Source: Octopus sinensis (taxonomy: Eukaryota). Taken from it: DNA of 64,000 nt. The stretch spans positions 68,324,001 through 68,388,000 of the forward strand of contig NC_042997.1 of assembly GCF_006345805.1 (NCBI RefSeq). Direction: 5' to 3'. Positions 24,651 to 39,038 of the stretch are shown here, piece by piece (the stretch's first letter is position 1; the number at the start of each line of letters is the position of its first letter). Made by a program: the position numbers and the translations under genes. The notes beneath the pieces were generated by a model. It searched no databases. It worked only from the letters and a program-made list of their open reading frames with translations, and was not told the DNA's origin.

Positions 24651-26662
24651 TTTATTTTAATACATCAGAGTAATACAAAATCCGATTGTGCTTTTGATTT
24701 TTGTTTTTCAAACCTTTTCCCTTACATTGTCCTTATTTCATTCTTTATATTATACTACTGTCTCCTTATATGCGAAGAAAGACTTACTACACTTACAGGT
24801 TTTCCGTTGCTTGATTTTAAGTAACTTTTCCAATCTTATTGGTGTTATTTCGCATTAATTCCCTCTCCGTATCAGATCACGTTCTTCTTTTGTATAAGAT
24901 ACTCATGTTGGATCTACAGAAGCTGTGCTGTATGTTTGTTATTTTGTACAATCATTGTATCAGTGTAATTTTGTGTCAATGTAATTTTCATTGTCCCTGC
25001 GTTCTCTTCTGAATTTATTTTCTTTTGGACGTTTACTTTAGGAAACGTTGTTTAGTTTTAACTTTTTAAGAGGATATGAACTAAAAGACTCTTCATCGTT
25101 TTGTCATCGTAAAGAACTTTCAGTACCGAACTAGTCGTTTATATTTTGCTCATTGATTTATTATCAGCTACTATGTAGAATATGCTCTGACATGTATTTT
25201 AATTAAAAATTGTTAAACGTGTTTTTGTATTTATATGTTAGTTTTATTTTATTTGTTTCGTGCGTGAAATATGATGTTACAAATAAGAGTTGTGCTCACT
25301 TATTTTATTGTTCCCTGTTGATTTATTGAATTCAACAGATCTCTCGTGCGAGCTGACGCACATGTTGCACTTATTGCTCTCACATGATATATGTGAAAAT
25401 CACAATAATATAAATGTATATTTGCTTACATGCTGCATACATCCATAATGCTTGCAGTATCAAGTCACGCTGTGTATATTTGTAAATAGTGAGGTTTGGG
25501 CAATGTGTTTGTTTACTTATCTTATTTACATGTCACTTATTATTTCTGTTTTCAGCCGACACATTCGGGTTATCTTTATTTTCAGAACTTTGTGTCTCTC
25601 AAATTCTACATTTCTTCGAGAGATACATTATAAACTATTGGGACTAATAGTTCTGTAAGGAGGCAATTTCTCCCTCGATGATCAATTATATTTGATTACC
25701 TTATGACTGTATTAACACATCAAGAGTATGATTACTTGTTTATTCTTTGTGAGATTTTCTGTTGTATACTTGCACTAAAATTTATGGTTGGGAAGCAAGT
25801 GTTTTACCACCATAGCCACACCTGCATCTATATATATGTGTGCGTGCGTGTGTGTGGAAGTGTTGTGTGTGTATGCATGTATACATGTAATATATATATA
25901 GGTATGTGTGTGTGTGTGTGTGTGTGTACTATATATATATATATGTGTGTTATGTATGTATATATGTATGTCGTGTCTATTTAATTTTTTTATTTTCTGT
26001 TTTATTTGTGACACTTACGGAATGAAGCTGTCTTAGGAAATATATTATCATTATTTTCATCATCAACTGGTGTAATTGTTTGTACCTACTGTTTTCCAGT
26101 CATGTCATGTTTTCCACGTATTTCTTACTTGGGAAACAAGTTCAAAGAACATATTCTTCTTTTATACTGGTTGGGTTTTACTTGCAACATATGTCATTTT
26201 CTGTGTGGATCGATAGAATAGGTTTGATGATAAAATGAACCGTAGTTTATACGCTTATGGTGTCACCAAGTACTATCAACAGTAACAATCCTTCTATTTC
26301 AGATGTACTAAACAAATAATTTTACTAGAATTAGTTACGAAGTTATCTTTCAACATTCTCGTTAAATTTCCAGTTTGATTTCTTGTTTTTAAGTCATTGT
26401 TACTGGATATTTTTTGGAGCACTAAAGTAACTTTCTCTCATATTAACATAGTTGTAGAATCGTTAGAACGTCGGTAAAATACCTTACTGTATTTATTCCA
26501 GTTCTTTGTGTTTTGCATTCAAATCCCACTTTGATTTTTTCGTCAGTTAGAGATCAATAAAATAGAGAATAAGTTAATAAGTTAATAAGAGATTGATTCA
26601 ATTCACTACCTCGCTCCACTACAAATTCCAGGCCTTCTGCCCAAATTTGAAATAATTATTAT

Positions 26663-27185
26663 TGAGGGAGAGAGCAGTGCATGCCATCAAAATGACACTG
26701 GGGTACAAATATACGAAGCTCAGTATACCCATCATGACTACCCGTTTGATAAGGGTACACCAGGCATATGCATCACAACCACATGTGTGTGATAAACAGT
26801 GCATGACTTTGCAGGTGGGGGGGGGGGACCAGTTTGACTTTTATTCAGGTCGAGTAATTTATCCCACTCAAAATGTCACTGAATAAGGTTTGTTTAAGGA
26901 TGATGAACGAAACATATTTCCAGAGATAAGATATTCAACCCCCCCTCCCCAACACATTCCTCTCAACACATGGCTATGGTGTTCCCCCACTACTTCTGCT
27001 TGTGATCAGAGATGCGCATATCGTCAGCCACTAAGGGACATGCTCAACTGGTTAAGGTCAAACAACTGACAAGCAACTGTAGCCTATCTCTTATACCAAG
27101 GCAAAAAAAAAAATGTACGTGATAACACTTCCAATCAGTCAAGATCAGAACCCATGAGAGGAACTGCCTGGTACTGCATCAGGGA

Positions 27186-27186
<1 letters not shown>
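26663..27186 (-). mobile_element. Non-coding interspersed element, family D
   Basis: Reverse-complement copy of 38461-39015, flanked by (ATT)n. Confidence 0.85.
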
Positions 27187-27257
<71 letters not shown>

Positions 27258-27299
27258 AGTTGTTGTTGTTGTTGTAGTTGTTGTTGTTGTTGTTGTTGT

Positions 27300-27485
27300 T
27301 AAGGCAGACTCGTTACCTTGCCGAGTAAAATGCTTAGCGGCATTTCGTTTGACTTCACGTTCTGAGATCGACTTTGATTTTCAACCTTCTGGATCGATAA
27401 AATAAGTACCAGTTGAGTACTGGGATCGAATCAATCGACTGTCTCCCTCCTCAGTTTTCAGTCTATAATAGAAAGGATTATTATT
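27300..27485 (+). mobile_element. SINE family A, internally deleted
   Basis: aaaatgcttagcggcatttcg..acgttctgag..gataaaataagtaccagttgagtactggg. Confidence 0.75.
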
Positions 27486-27853
27486 ATCATCCTTATTATT
27501 GTTGTTGTTATAGTGGCTGTGGTTGTTATTGTTGTTCTTCATAGTGTTATTATTATTATTATTATTGCTATTATTATTGTTGTTGCTGTTGATATTATTG
27601 TAATTGTTGTATACTGCGTAGATAGTAATATTCTCATACAAATATTATTAAATAAAAATTATAAACCAACATTTCACAGGTCCTTTTGAAAGACGATCAA
27701 CATAAAGATTAGGAGAAAGCATGGATGAACTGCAAGCTGAATCGATCGGTCAAAGAGTAGGTATTCTACTATTCGTCATATCGTGTACGTCGAACTGATA
27801 TTAGTGTTAAATTTTATCTCCTTATGACCACACATACACAAACACACACACAC

Positions 27854-27892
<39 letters not shown>

Positions 27893-30391
27893 GTAACCTG
27901 GAATACATTATCCATTGTCACATTGTTTTAGACTGTAGGGTGCGGTCTGAGAGAGATTTGGTTTCTATTGTTAACCAGACACAGAAACTATCTCTTTGGC
28001 TAGTAGTCTTTGTGTATTTATGAAAGGAAGGAAATTCCAAACATAATGCTATTCTGAAGTGAATGGGGTTAACATATAAAACTAATTTGATAATATTATC
28101 TTGGCTCTACAACCCTTATTGAGTCCTTAATTCAGTGTTTCTCATAAATCTATAGAATAAGTGATATACATTATATTTTCAAACACGTTCAAAACACTTT
28201 AAATATATCTATATTCCAAACTGTGTGGATGAACAAATAGGGTTTCTGGGATCAGTATTCATGCGGCCTACCACAAAGAATTTCACACGTAACTAATAGG
28301 CATTTCACCACTTATCATTTTGGCTAAGGCGATGTAAGAAGCAATTCTTAATGTATAAAGATAGGTTGTCATTTTGCTGTTACGGATGAAATAACTAATT
28401 TAGTGAAAACAAGCATAAGAGTATAATCTATCATTGTATTTTTGGATGAGATAAAAAAATGTAGACTGTATACTAAGACTCTGTAACCACAGTACAGGTG
28501 CGGTTAAGGAATTCCGCTTTGAAATTAGAGGAGATAATTTACTAATGAGCATAAAGGAGGCCTTAGGTAGTCTTGCGTTTATTTATGAAAATATCAAAAA
28601 TGGAGTGAGTCCAAAGCAAAGTAGGTTAACACACGGAATAACTGGTATCAGTAAGAGTGATTTAGCATGAATGAATGATTAAGGTGTTATCAATATGGCC
28701 TTTTTCTTTAGCTCCTATCACCATTTAGGTGTATCATATCATTAACATGAGTGAAGGGAATGGAAAAGTGTGCAAAAAGGTCCTAGAAATGTATTTTAGT
28801 ATCCTGACAGACTTTACATAAACTAGTCTGTATAGAATAACTACAAACTCCAGCTGCCATTTACGTGATTGATAAATGAGCCAAAGCCCACTGTGACATC
28901 ATGGCACGTGGATTTCGTTGATGTGCTGTCTAGGCAATTATTTTGAAAAGAAAGGAATGAAGTGTAAGAAAGATGTTGTGGTGGTAGTGTCCAAGCTGGA
29001 AGTGAACCAGCGATCAGAGCTGTGCAGAACACACGTGTTGGATTAGGACGGATGAAGTATAAAAAGATATATCGTCAGAATAACGAAAATACACATTCAG
29101 AATACTTAAAAAAAACATTTTTATCTGCGAAACACGAACTTAGTTTTTGACCAACTAATGCAGTAGTATTAGTTACAAACTTGCCTCTTATATACATTAC
29201 CTAGCTTTGTACATAGTGTTTGAATGCACAACAAATACTACATATATATACTTGTCTGATCAGCTACTCCGGTCCACATCTTTCGGTTTCTCCCTGTCCG
29301 CCCGCAACGATTAAACTTTGAAAGCCAGCCATATTTGTGAATTAAAAGGTAAACACTTACCTTACAATCTTAAGTGGAAAATATCCAAATCAAAACCTAT
29401 TCTGGAAATGAGAAACCTTGTAATATTTGCACTACTGAGTGGATTTAGTGAAGTGGTCAAAAATGCAATCCTTATGACATTTTGAAAGTCTTACAAATTC
29501 AAGACTTTTAAAACTTAAAAAAATATTTTCAAATAATTAACTACGCATGTAAACAATATCATTCTATACATATCTTTATTCCACTTTATTTTCAAATTTA
29601 CATTTTCGCTTACAATATTTAGCAACTTCATTTATTTACAAAGGTAGTTTAATTCTACTGTATTTCGGGATGGTGGAAATATCTGTTTCAACACACAGTT
29701 TCACATCAGGAATCTTGCAACACGAATTCATAAATATAGTTAAATTCATTTTTTAATAATTATAACTACCTGATTACATAACCCCAAATCACAATACGTC
29801 CTTATTCCACTTGATTTTCTTATTCACATCTCTTTTCACAATATATCTAACTTAATTTATCCACTAATTTAGCTTGATTCAAAAAATAAATTCACTTTCT
29901 TAATCATTCTATTTTCGCTGGTTAACCTAAATTCCCTAATTTTTTTTTTATTTCGTTTATTTTCAGATTTATATCTCCACTTATAGTATTAATATCTTCA
30001 TTTAGCAACAAATTTTGTTTGATTCCAATTGTAGATTCATTTCATTTGTACTTTTTATCCTCTATTATTGATTAATAACAAACTCTAGACAATGATATGT
30101 GTTTTAAATACAGTCACATGTATAGATTCTAATATTCAATTAATCCAATACATTTACATTTATAGTACGTAACTTAGTCTTAAAATAATTTAGTATGATA
30201 AAATTAGTAATTGATTATAATATCTTCGTAGATACTCTTGTAGATTTAAAGTAATTATGTTCCACATCACCACTTAATATTCTCTGTATTATTATTTCTA
30301 ATACACAAGCTTAGATTGGTATTCCTTGTTAATACTACTTTAAAAAACAAATTCAATAAAGCTTTTGATTTCAATTAACATTGTATGAATA

Positions 30392-30598
30392 TGGCGTGCT
30401 GGCAGGAATGTTAGCATGTCGGGCGAAATGTTTAGCGGTATTTCGTCTGTCTTTACGTTCTGAGTTCAAATTCCGCCGTGTCGACTTTGCCTTTCATCCT
30501 TTCGGAGTCGATAAATTATGTACCAGTTGCGTACTGAGGCGGATATTATCGACAGGCCCTCACCCTTAAAATTTGTGCTTAGAGTAGAAAAGAATTAA
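30392..30598 (+). mobile_element. SINE family A
   Basis: ggcgtgctggcaggaatgttagcatgtcgggcgaaatg..gagttcaaattccgcc..gcctttcatcctttcggagtcgataaatta. Confidence 0.85.
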
Positions 30599-31934
30599 CG
30601 TTGTATGATAAATATTAACCTTAAATTTTGGAATCATTATTGTCTGTTCTATATTTGATATTGTCTGCTGTTTATATTACATATCTTTGCGGTTTTATAT
30701 TAAAGAAATCAATACTTTAACTTAAATATTAAATAATTATTTTTTAAATGTCTTTTGAAATCATTACTCTTATACGTTTAAATTAATACACTACATCTGC
30801 TCTTATCAATACACTACAATCTATAGTGTATACGGTTATACTGACTTTCTCAGCTGATACACTTTCAAGACACCTCTAAATTCCTTAACGTTTTTATTTG
30901 AATCATGCAACATTGTCTCATGGTCCAAGTAGTATAAATAAATATCAAAAATCAATATTTTTTTTCAGTTTCCTTATACTTGCTTAATCAATAGTTTCTA
31001 ATCACTGCATCAGATATACTAATTTCATTTAAATTCTTTAATCAATTTCCACTCTTCCCTCGCCCAAAACTATTTTCTCATTATAGCCTTTACTGCAACG
31101 AAAAACGGATTTGTAATTTGTTACCTTTTTAGCAAAACTGTTTTAAAATTATATACAAACCTCCAAGTTGAAGCTTTCCGTTATTTGCTCCTCCAGCATC
31201 CACCGATATTTTGTTGGTGTCTTGTACACAAATTTTGTTCTTATACAGCATTTGCTTATCCACTATATGTTTATGTATTCTCAAACTATCCTTAATTAAA
31301 TAACTCTCTGAATATTTTAAAATGAAACAGACAACTATGCGTTAAAGACACTATTCTTGAATAAATATTTAAACTGAATCACTTAGTAGTTAATAATTTT
31401 ATTCCGTTAAAAATACCTGTGCTTCACAAGAGATATTTTAAGTTACAAAGACATATGAAAATGCAATTAACTTATCGAAAAACAAACATTAACTATTTTT
31501 TGCATAGGGCAGAAAATTTCATCAAAAGAATGTTCACATTTCCGTGATTAATCCAGGATCTAAACTCAATCATAAGTTCGGATAAAGGTCCACTGATAAT
31601 TAGACTGCAAGCTCCTACATTTCAACAACTCTGTCTACGGATAACAAGTATCCGAGGTACGCGTTATACAAGATAATCAACCGAAGTATTTGTTAAAACC
31701 GATAACTTGTATATACTGTATAAAGCAGAACGACATTTCAAGGGTTATTTTTTTCCGATTCTGTGATTAAATATTCATAAAAATCCAAAATACCCCTTAA
31801 ACTAGGACACTATAAACGAAATCAAGACTTGTGAAATAAATTTATCTCTGACATATCAGGTTGATGGAAAAGCAAGCAACGTTTTGAAATATGAAATTCA
31901 TCACAATATATTTCAACAATGCGGAAATTTTATA

Positions 31935-32165
31935 CATCAAAGTAAGTACCATTACAATCAACACATTTTTGCCAACAAGTTAGAAGCTCGTTTATTCCAG
32001 TAACATAAAAATCTGGAGTTCTGGAGCTGATGAACTCTTTGAACGCACTTTCAGCATCTGTTTGATTTTTGAGCTTCTCTCGCAGGAAACCATCAAGGTG
32101 CTTGAAAAAGTGGTAGTCGTGGGAGAAAGATCTGGGGAATAAACTGAGTAGGGAAGAACTTGCCG
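31935..32165 (-). mobile_element. mariner transposase C-terminal fragment
   Basis: Minus strand YSPDLSP then, after a frameshift, DYHFFKHLDGFLREK..FYVTGINEL..WQKCVDCNGTYFD. Confidence 0.8.
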
Positions 32166-32169
32166 CTTC

Positions 32170-33000
32170 TCTTCCTTCTCTTGCTCATAGTTCTTATTTT
32201 TTATCTTTTCCATTTCTGCTTCCATCCTTCCTTCCGTCTCCATTTCTCCTTCTATCTCCTCTTTCTCACTCTGCATCGGATCAGTCTGCTTATTTTTATA
32301 TAAGGGACACTTCAGTCTCATGTCCCCCCTTTCATCGCAGATGTAGCCATTGGGACTGCGACCCTCCACTATGACGTTTAAGGAATTTTCCCCTTCAATC
32401 CCTACTTGGTAGGGAAGCATCTGTATATTTTCAAATGTGGCGAATAGCCATTTCCACTCTGCTTCCCCACCAATTCAACATATCCGTTCTTCCAACATCT
32501 CTAAACTCCGGCTTATCCTCGGTGGCTGCCTTAATGGCTGCCACCAATCACTCTGTCTTAATCTCAGGCGGCACTCTACAATACACCTTCCCTTATATGT
32601 GGGCAAGAGCGCCACCTTGTCCGTCCTCAGGATACCTATGGAGTGTGAGGCCGCCTCTTCTTCGGTTGCAAACCACACCTCCACTGTTCTATACCTCTTT
32701 TCTCTGCTTACAAATGTTGCTTCTTCTTCACCACACACCAACTTTTCGTTAATTCCTCTTTATCCAAGTGTACCCTCCTTGCTTTTAACTGTGTAGCTGC
32801 CTTTGCCGCAGCAGCTTTCGCGTAGCTCTCCATAATGCTACGCTCTTCCTCACCCCCAAATGGGGGGAAAAAGAATCAAACCAACAGCAGCAGCAAGTAA
32901 CAACAACACCCGCGAGACGCTTCAACAATATTATTAACAGTAAAAAAGTAACAACAGCTCTCACCTTCTCACAAACAATCACATTCAAAATCACAAGCGG
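32170..33000 (-). mobile_element. 5' part of a LINE: leader plus ORF1-like protein with degenerate zinc knuckle
   Basis: KRYRTVEVWFATEEEA..LLPTYKGR and VIVEGRSPNGYICDERGDMRLKCP (decayed C-x2-C-x4-H-x4-C after a VEGR.P motif), followed by a Glu/Lys-rich linker. Confidence 0.55.
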
Positions 33001-33531
33001 GCGTTTCGCTAATACTCGCGAGCAGTTTCAGCTGCCTTACATCCATTTTTGAAGTTGAATAGGAAAAAATCGCTCGAATACCGCACTTTGACAGCTCCAT
33101 TTCATATGATTGTAACAACAGTGAAAAAAAAAATTAATGTTAATTTATTTATGCATTTGGAGAAGTCTACGTCTGTATTATCAGACAATTGCAAAAAAAA
33201 TGTTTAAAGAAATTCAAAAATCCAGTACAAACTCTTCATGGTTCAAAACGTTGCTTACTTTTTACTCATCCTGATAGATTTTAAGAACCGGAGTGAACCT
33301 ATAGTGAATTCACAACCATGCTTTACCTTCAAAATCCATAGACCGATGTTTATTCGATACGCACTATTAAACTTGTTAATACAACTAAAATAGATATGAG
33401 AGTAATACCGAAACGGGTTTAAGAGTGAATCATGCATAATTTCAAGACGTTATTTGTCTCGCATAAAGAGAACAAAATCCTAGAAAAGTAAAACGGAATC
33501 TTTGCAGTTCATATATATATATATATAATAT

Positions 33532-33579
<48 letters not shown>

Positions 33580-33948
33580 AAAGAAAAAGAATGACTTTAC
33601 TGGAAGTTCTAATCAATTTAATTTTTTAATATTATAATTTTACAGTTTGGTTTGTAAGTTCATTATTTTCTTCGGTGGGAAGATTTTTTCAATGATTTGT
33701 TGTTAATTTTTCTGGAAAACTTTCTGACATTGTCAAACTGATCTCAGGTTGTGTTGTGCTGTATGATTCTCTATATAAGAGATTTGGGTGTGCCTGGGGT
33801 GAGGTTGAGGTTTGTTAATAAGTGTGGGAGTGAAGGAGTGTTGATGAACAAGAGCTGGAAGAAAGGCAAAAACAAGATAATTGATTGAGAAAGGAGTTGG
33901 GTAGGGCGTTTGAGGAGTGTGTGATAAAGGGCTTGTAGAAGTACCTAT

Positions 33949-34158
33949 TTCTTTATTACCCACAAGGGGCTAAACACAGAGGGGACAAACAAGGACAGAC
34001 ATAGGTATTAAGTCGATTACTGCGTAACTGGTACTTATTTAATCGACCCCGAAAGGATGAAAGGCAAAGTCAACCTCGGCGGAATTTGAACTCAGAACGT
34101 AACGGCAGACGAAATACCGCTAAGCATTTCGCCCGGCGCGCTAACGTTTCTGCCGCTG
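33949..34158 (-). mobile_element. SINE family A with alternative 3' tail
   Basis: Family A head and core joined to the acccacaaggggctaaacacagaggggacaaac tail. Confidence 0.85.
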
Positions 34159-34358
34159 GTTCCAGTTGAATAGTTGATCTATATATATATGTATGCATGC
34201 ATGTTTGTATATGTATATATGACTCCATTTGAATAGTTGACATGTAGATATATATGTATGCATGTCTGTCTCCCTGTCTCCCTGTCTGTCTGTCTATCTA
34301 TCTATCTATGTATCTATCTATGTATCTATCTATCTATCTATATCTATCTATCTATCTA

Positions 34359-34408
<50 letters not shown>

Positions 34409-35094
34409 ACTATGTATCTATCTCTTTTTCTCTCTTTATACATACTTACATACATACATATATGTATATATGATATGTGTGTTGTATAAATGATAACACA
34501 AATGGGCTGAGGTTCACCACAGCTGTTCCAGACGTGGTTCCTTTAGATGATAAAAAAAAAATATCTGAAACAGGTGTAGTGAACCACAACCCATATGTTT
34601 TATTATCTATACAACACCACACTCAGAACCTTTCCTACGTTGGATATTGAGCCTATAGTGGTCCATGGACAATTCGCCGGAGTATACTCTTGTCTGATTT
34701 TGCGTATACGTTGACTGTTTTTGGTGTATACTTGTGGATGTATACGTAACTGGAAGGACAAATCGGTACATGTTTTAGTAAGTACGTGAGTGTCCATAAA
34801 TACAGTTAATGTGCAGGTATGTTATCTTCGACTCTACCTTGGTACTTTTGTTATTAAAATGCCTCGATTGTATTGAATTTTGAAAATAATTATATGTATG
34901 TATAACATAGATAATATATACATATACATGGTGCTACCGAAAAATATTGTATTTTTGAGCAAATAGCTTACAAACCAACAAAAGCTGTCCTTGCAATTAA
35001 CCAATCAGTGTAGAGTAAATGGCCAAGGGTTAATGTGGCATTTTTAATATGTGTATATATGTTCTATCTGATCGCTCACAAGGACATTAGTGAG

Positions 35095-35330
35095 CTCACT
35101 TTTTGTATTGCATGTTTTGTGAATTTCTTACGGGTAACAAAGCAGCACATGCAAGAAGTATATGAACTGTATATCCTGATGAAGTGAGTGTCCGAAAATG
35201 CCAGAGGTGGACTAACAAATTCGAAAACTCTGATGTTGATGTTTTGTATGGGTATAGATCGGGAAGAACAGATGTTCTCAATAACGACTCGTTGAAATTG
35301 CAAATGAAAAGGATGCGCGTCAGTATATCA
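35095..35330 (+). mobile_element. mariner transposase N-terminal (HTH) fragment
   Basis: VYPDEVSVRKCQRWTNKFENSDVDVLYGYRSGR, matching the mariner CQRWF.KF..GD..L.D..RSGRP motif. Confidence 0.7.
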
Positions 35331-35937
35331 GTCACTCAACCCGGAGCTTTGATAAACCCTGATAATTTCAAGCAGACAGAAAAAGTGTATAGAGAAGGGA
35401 AGCGGTTAACATATAAAACGTCCGGTTAGAACGAAGTTGTGCATTCAACGAGAGAAGAAGAGGGAAGGTAAATTCATTAACCTCGGAATCTTTACCTCAC
35501 CTTCCCTACTCATCAGGCCTAACACTGTCAGATCTCAGTTGTTCAAGTCAAAGACACACGAATACCTTACCAATTGAAAAATCATTCACAAGCAAGGATA
35601 GTGTCATAACGACACTCCAAACAATAGTAAATATGAATGGCGCTTAAAATTTACGACAGCTGTTTCAGTAGAATTCTATTTAAAGTAGTCGTAAAAGATT
35701 ACATCATAATATTCAATCTGCCATCGACATTTACAATCCCTAGTCAACATTCGCTGGGCTGGTGAGACGGATCGATAGTTACACATTGGATTTAGTACAT
35801 ACATGTCTCCGGTAACCTGCCATCACTTGCTCTCTACAAACGATTATTTATTTCACCGTGACCACTATGTCTTCGCATCTTACCACTTTGTGGTGTCTTA
35901 GTGTTTACGCGCACGGATTCTTAATGCATCCTTATAT

Positions 35938-36028
<91 letters not shown>

Positions 36029-36416
36029 CGTGAAATTAGTAGACAGTGACAGTTCAATACATGTTTCGTATAAGTCAATGACATGGTAATTTGCAATAAT
36101 TCATGCATTCGACTTCACTCAGTTTTTATATATAAATGTGTAGGTGGGTGATTGTGTGTGTATGTGTATAAGACGGGAGATTAGTGGACAGTGACAGGTC
36201 ATAACGTGTTACTTATCAGTCAATAATAGCCTGGTAATTTTTTAATAATTCATGCTTTCGACTACAGTCGATTTTTATTTATGAGTGAGCTGTTGTCACC
36301 CAATTCATCTCCTTTTATGATACATAGACACTCAAACACAAACGCCCACACCCACATTCACACATACATACATACATACATACATACATACATACATACA
36401 TACATACATACATACA

Positions 36417-36508
<92 letters not shown>

Positions 36509-36509
36509 A

Positions 36510-36921
36510 TTCTCTTATACTGTTTTATTTCTTTCAGTCATTTGACTGCGGTCATGCTGGAGCACCACCTTTAGTTGAACAAATCGACCCCAGAACTTAC
36601 TTTTTGTAAGCCTTTTACTTATTCCATTGGCCTCTTTTTGCGGAACCGCTTGGCTACGGGGACGTAAATACACCAGCTTCGATTGTCAGGAGATGGTGGG
36701 GGGACAAACACAAACATACACACACACACATATATGACATTATATATATATATATATATACACGACGGGATTCTTTCAGTTTTCGTCTACCAAATCCACC
36801 CACAAGGCAATGGTCGGCCCGAGGCTATAGTAGAAGACATCTGCCTAAGGTGACACGCAGTGGGACTGAACCCGGAGCAATGTGGTTGGTAAGCAAGCTT
36901 CTTACGACACAATCACACCTA
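36510..36921 (-). mobile_element. SINE family B, full length, with internal (CA)/(TA) tract
   Basis: Aligns in reverse to 48522-48936. Confidence 0.85.
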
Positions 36922-37255
36922 TATTTATATGCAGCATATATTAGGAATAACGAACCGTAATACTGCATTTCATGTAATGAATTCAGCATTAATCATGTTG
37001 CAAATATTGCTAATTCAAACTATAATTGCCTGTATTTTCTCCATTTTTGCGTAACTACTTTAGAATTAATTTGCGGAGTGCCTGGCATCGATAAATAGTC
37101 GTGTTCAATCTTGTGATTGAATGATAAAACGTGAATATTAAATTATTGATGTTACAGTATACTTACAGTGTAAAAATCGCCCTGAAATTACAAGCTGAAA
37201 TCTACCGAGCTAATAACCACGACTGAACCAACCCAAACTAATTGATACACACACA

Positions 37256-37294
<39 letters not shown>

Positions 37295-37435
37295 TAGAGT
37301 GTGGCAAATGTCACAAGTAAGTTCAATATGTTACGGAATTGTCAAAGACATGCTTTAATTTTTCTAAAATTGAATTAAATGAATACGATAAGGATCAACT
37401 CATACACAAAATATATAATAATAATAATAACAATG

Positions 37436-37499
<64 letters not shown>

Positions 37500-37559
37500 T
37501 GGTGATGATGATGATGATAATGATGATGATGATCATAAAGCTGTAAAACAATTGAAATA

Positions 37560-38362
37560 GAAAAATAGAAATATCCCAGCAATGGTTGAGAAGCTCAGGA
37601 CTCAAAGCAGAGACAGAGGGATTTTTAATTGCAGCACAAGACCAAAGCCTCCGCACCAGAAATTACCAAAAGCATATAATGAAAAGAAATATAACAAGTA
37701 ACTGCAGAATATGTGGAGATGGACAAGAAACAGTAAATCATATCATCTCTGGCTGCCCAGTCATGGCTAAGAAGGAATATATTCACAGACACGACAGACT
37801 TGGGACCTTCATACACTGGAAGCTATGCCAACATTATGGAATAACAATAGAAAAAAGATGGTATAAGCACACACTAGAAAAGGTCACAGAAAACGAAAAA
37901 GCAACCATACTCTGGGATATGTCAATACACACAGAGATAGAGAAATTAAGGCCAACAGGCCAGATATAGGTTTCAGAGATCATGAAGAAAAAATGCTTTC
38001 TAACTGATGTATCAATACCAGCAGATGACAACGTGTCTCTAAAATAAATGGAGAAACTTTCAAAATACAAAGACCTGGAAATAGAGGTAACTCGAATGTG
38101 GAATCTCAAAACAGAAACAATTCCTATCATAGTAGGTGCATTAGGCATAAAAAAAAATTCAGACAAATACATAACAAAAGCACCAAGACTTACAAACACA
38201 TATAACATACAGAAAATTGCAATACTGGGCACTACCCACATCTTATGCAAAACACTTTCAATACAGTAACCATCAGAGCATCACAACAAAACGCAGCACA
38301 TACCAAGACACACAGAGCTGCGCTCGGTAGTGAAGTGAAAGCACGCTATAAAAATATAACTA

Positions 38363-38370
<8 letters not shown>
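37560..38370 (+). mobile_element. 5'-truncated R4/Dong-clade LINE: CCHC knuckle, restriction-like endonuclease and 3' UTR
   Basis: SSGLKAETEGFLIAAQDQSL; CRICGDGQETVNHIISGC (C-x2-C-x8-H-x4-C); across a frameshift, ANRPDI..TDVSIP..EKLSKYKDL; IPIIVGALG; (AAT)n on both sides. Confidence 0.9.
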
Positions 38371-38447
<77 letters not shown>

Positions 38448-38460
38448 TAATAATAATAAA

Positions 38461-39015
38461 TGCCCTGATGCAGTACCAGGCAGTGGCTCTCATGGCTTCT
38501 GATCTTAACTGATTGGAAGTGTTATCATGTACATTGTTTTGTCTTGGTATAAAAGATGGGCTACAGCAAATATTCTGCTCAATACCACAGATTTGCTTGT
38601 CAGTTGTTTGGCCTTAACCAGTTGAGCATGTCCCTTAGTGGCTGACGATATGTGCATCTCTGATCACGAGCAGAAGTAGTGGGGGAGCATCATGGTCATG
38701 TGTTGAGAGGGATTCTTTGGGGTTGAATAATTCACCTCTGGAAACATAGGTGTTTCGTTCAACATCCTAAAGCAACCCTTATTCAGGGACCTTTTGAGCA
38801 GGATGGGCTACTCAACCTGAAGAAAATTCTAACTGGGCCCCACCTGCAAGGTCATGTGCTGTTTATCTTGATATGAGATCACTATGTCGCGCACATATGG
38901 TTGTGATGCATGTGCCTAGTGTACCTTTATCAGACGGGTAGTCATGATGGGTATATTGGGCTTCGTATATTTTACCCCAGTGTCACTTTGATGGCATGAA
39001 CTGCTCTCTCACTCA
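38461..39015 (+). mobile_element. Non-coding interspersed element, family D, full length (~555 bp)
   Basis: Begins tgccctgatgcagtaccaggcag and ends actgctctctcactca; (AAT)n on both sides; two more copies in the window. Confidence 0.85.
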
Positions 39016-39038
39016 ATAATAATAATAATAATAATAGA

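Noticed and set aside
25250-26480. Possible minus-strand PLE GIY-YIG remnants (KCNMC, ENSRYK)
   Set aside because: Only scattered short motifs across frames; not supportable without a search
29361-29401. 41-nt minus-strand exon with good acceptor and GTAAGT donor
   Set aside because: Stops in all three frames and no partner exons identified
30650-31400. Possible decayed L1/Tx1-type endonuclease on the minus strand
   Set aside because: Similarity limited to a few residues (IDCSVLIRADV); too weak to call
31992-32420. 142-aa ORF as a real fusion gene
   Set aside because: Chance read-through from a LINE ORF1 fragment into a frameshifted mariner fragment
34534-34587. gtggttc..GAAAC-aggt-GTA-gtgaaccac hammerhead-like layout, near a weak GIY-YIG-like remnant
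   Set aside because: The CUGANGA core is missing
35170-35200. ctgatgaag..gaaa motif
   Set aside because: Lies within mariner coding sequence (PDEVSVRK) and has no stems
38461-39015. HDV or hammerhead ribozyme, or U2-derived head, in family D
   Set aside because: ctgatgc lacks A9 and a GAAA partner; no P1.1/P3 fit; the U2 match is only about 12 nt
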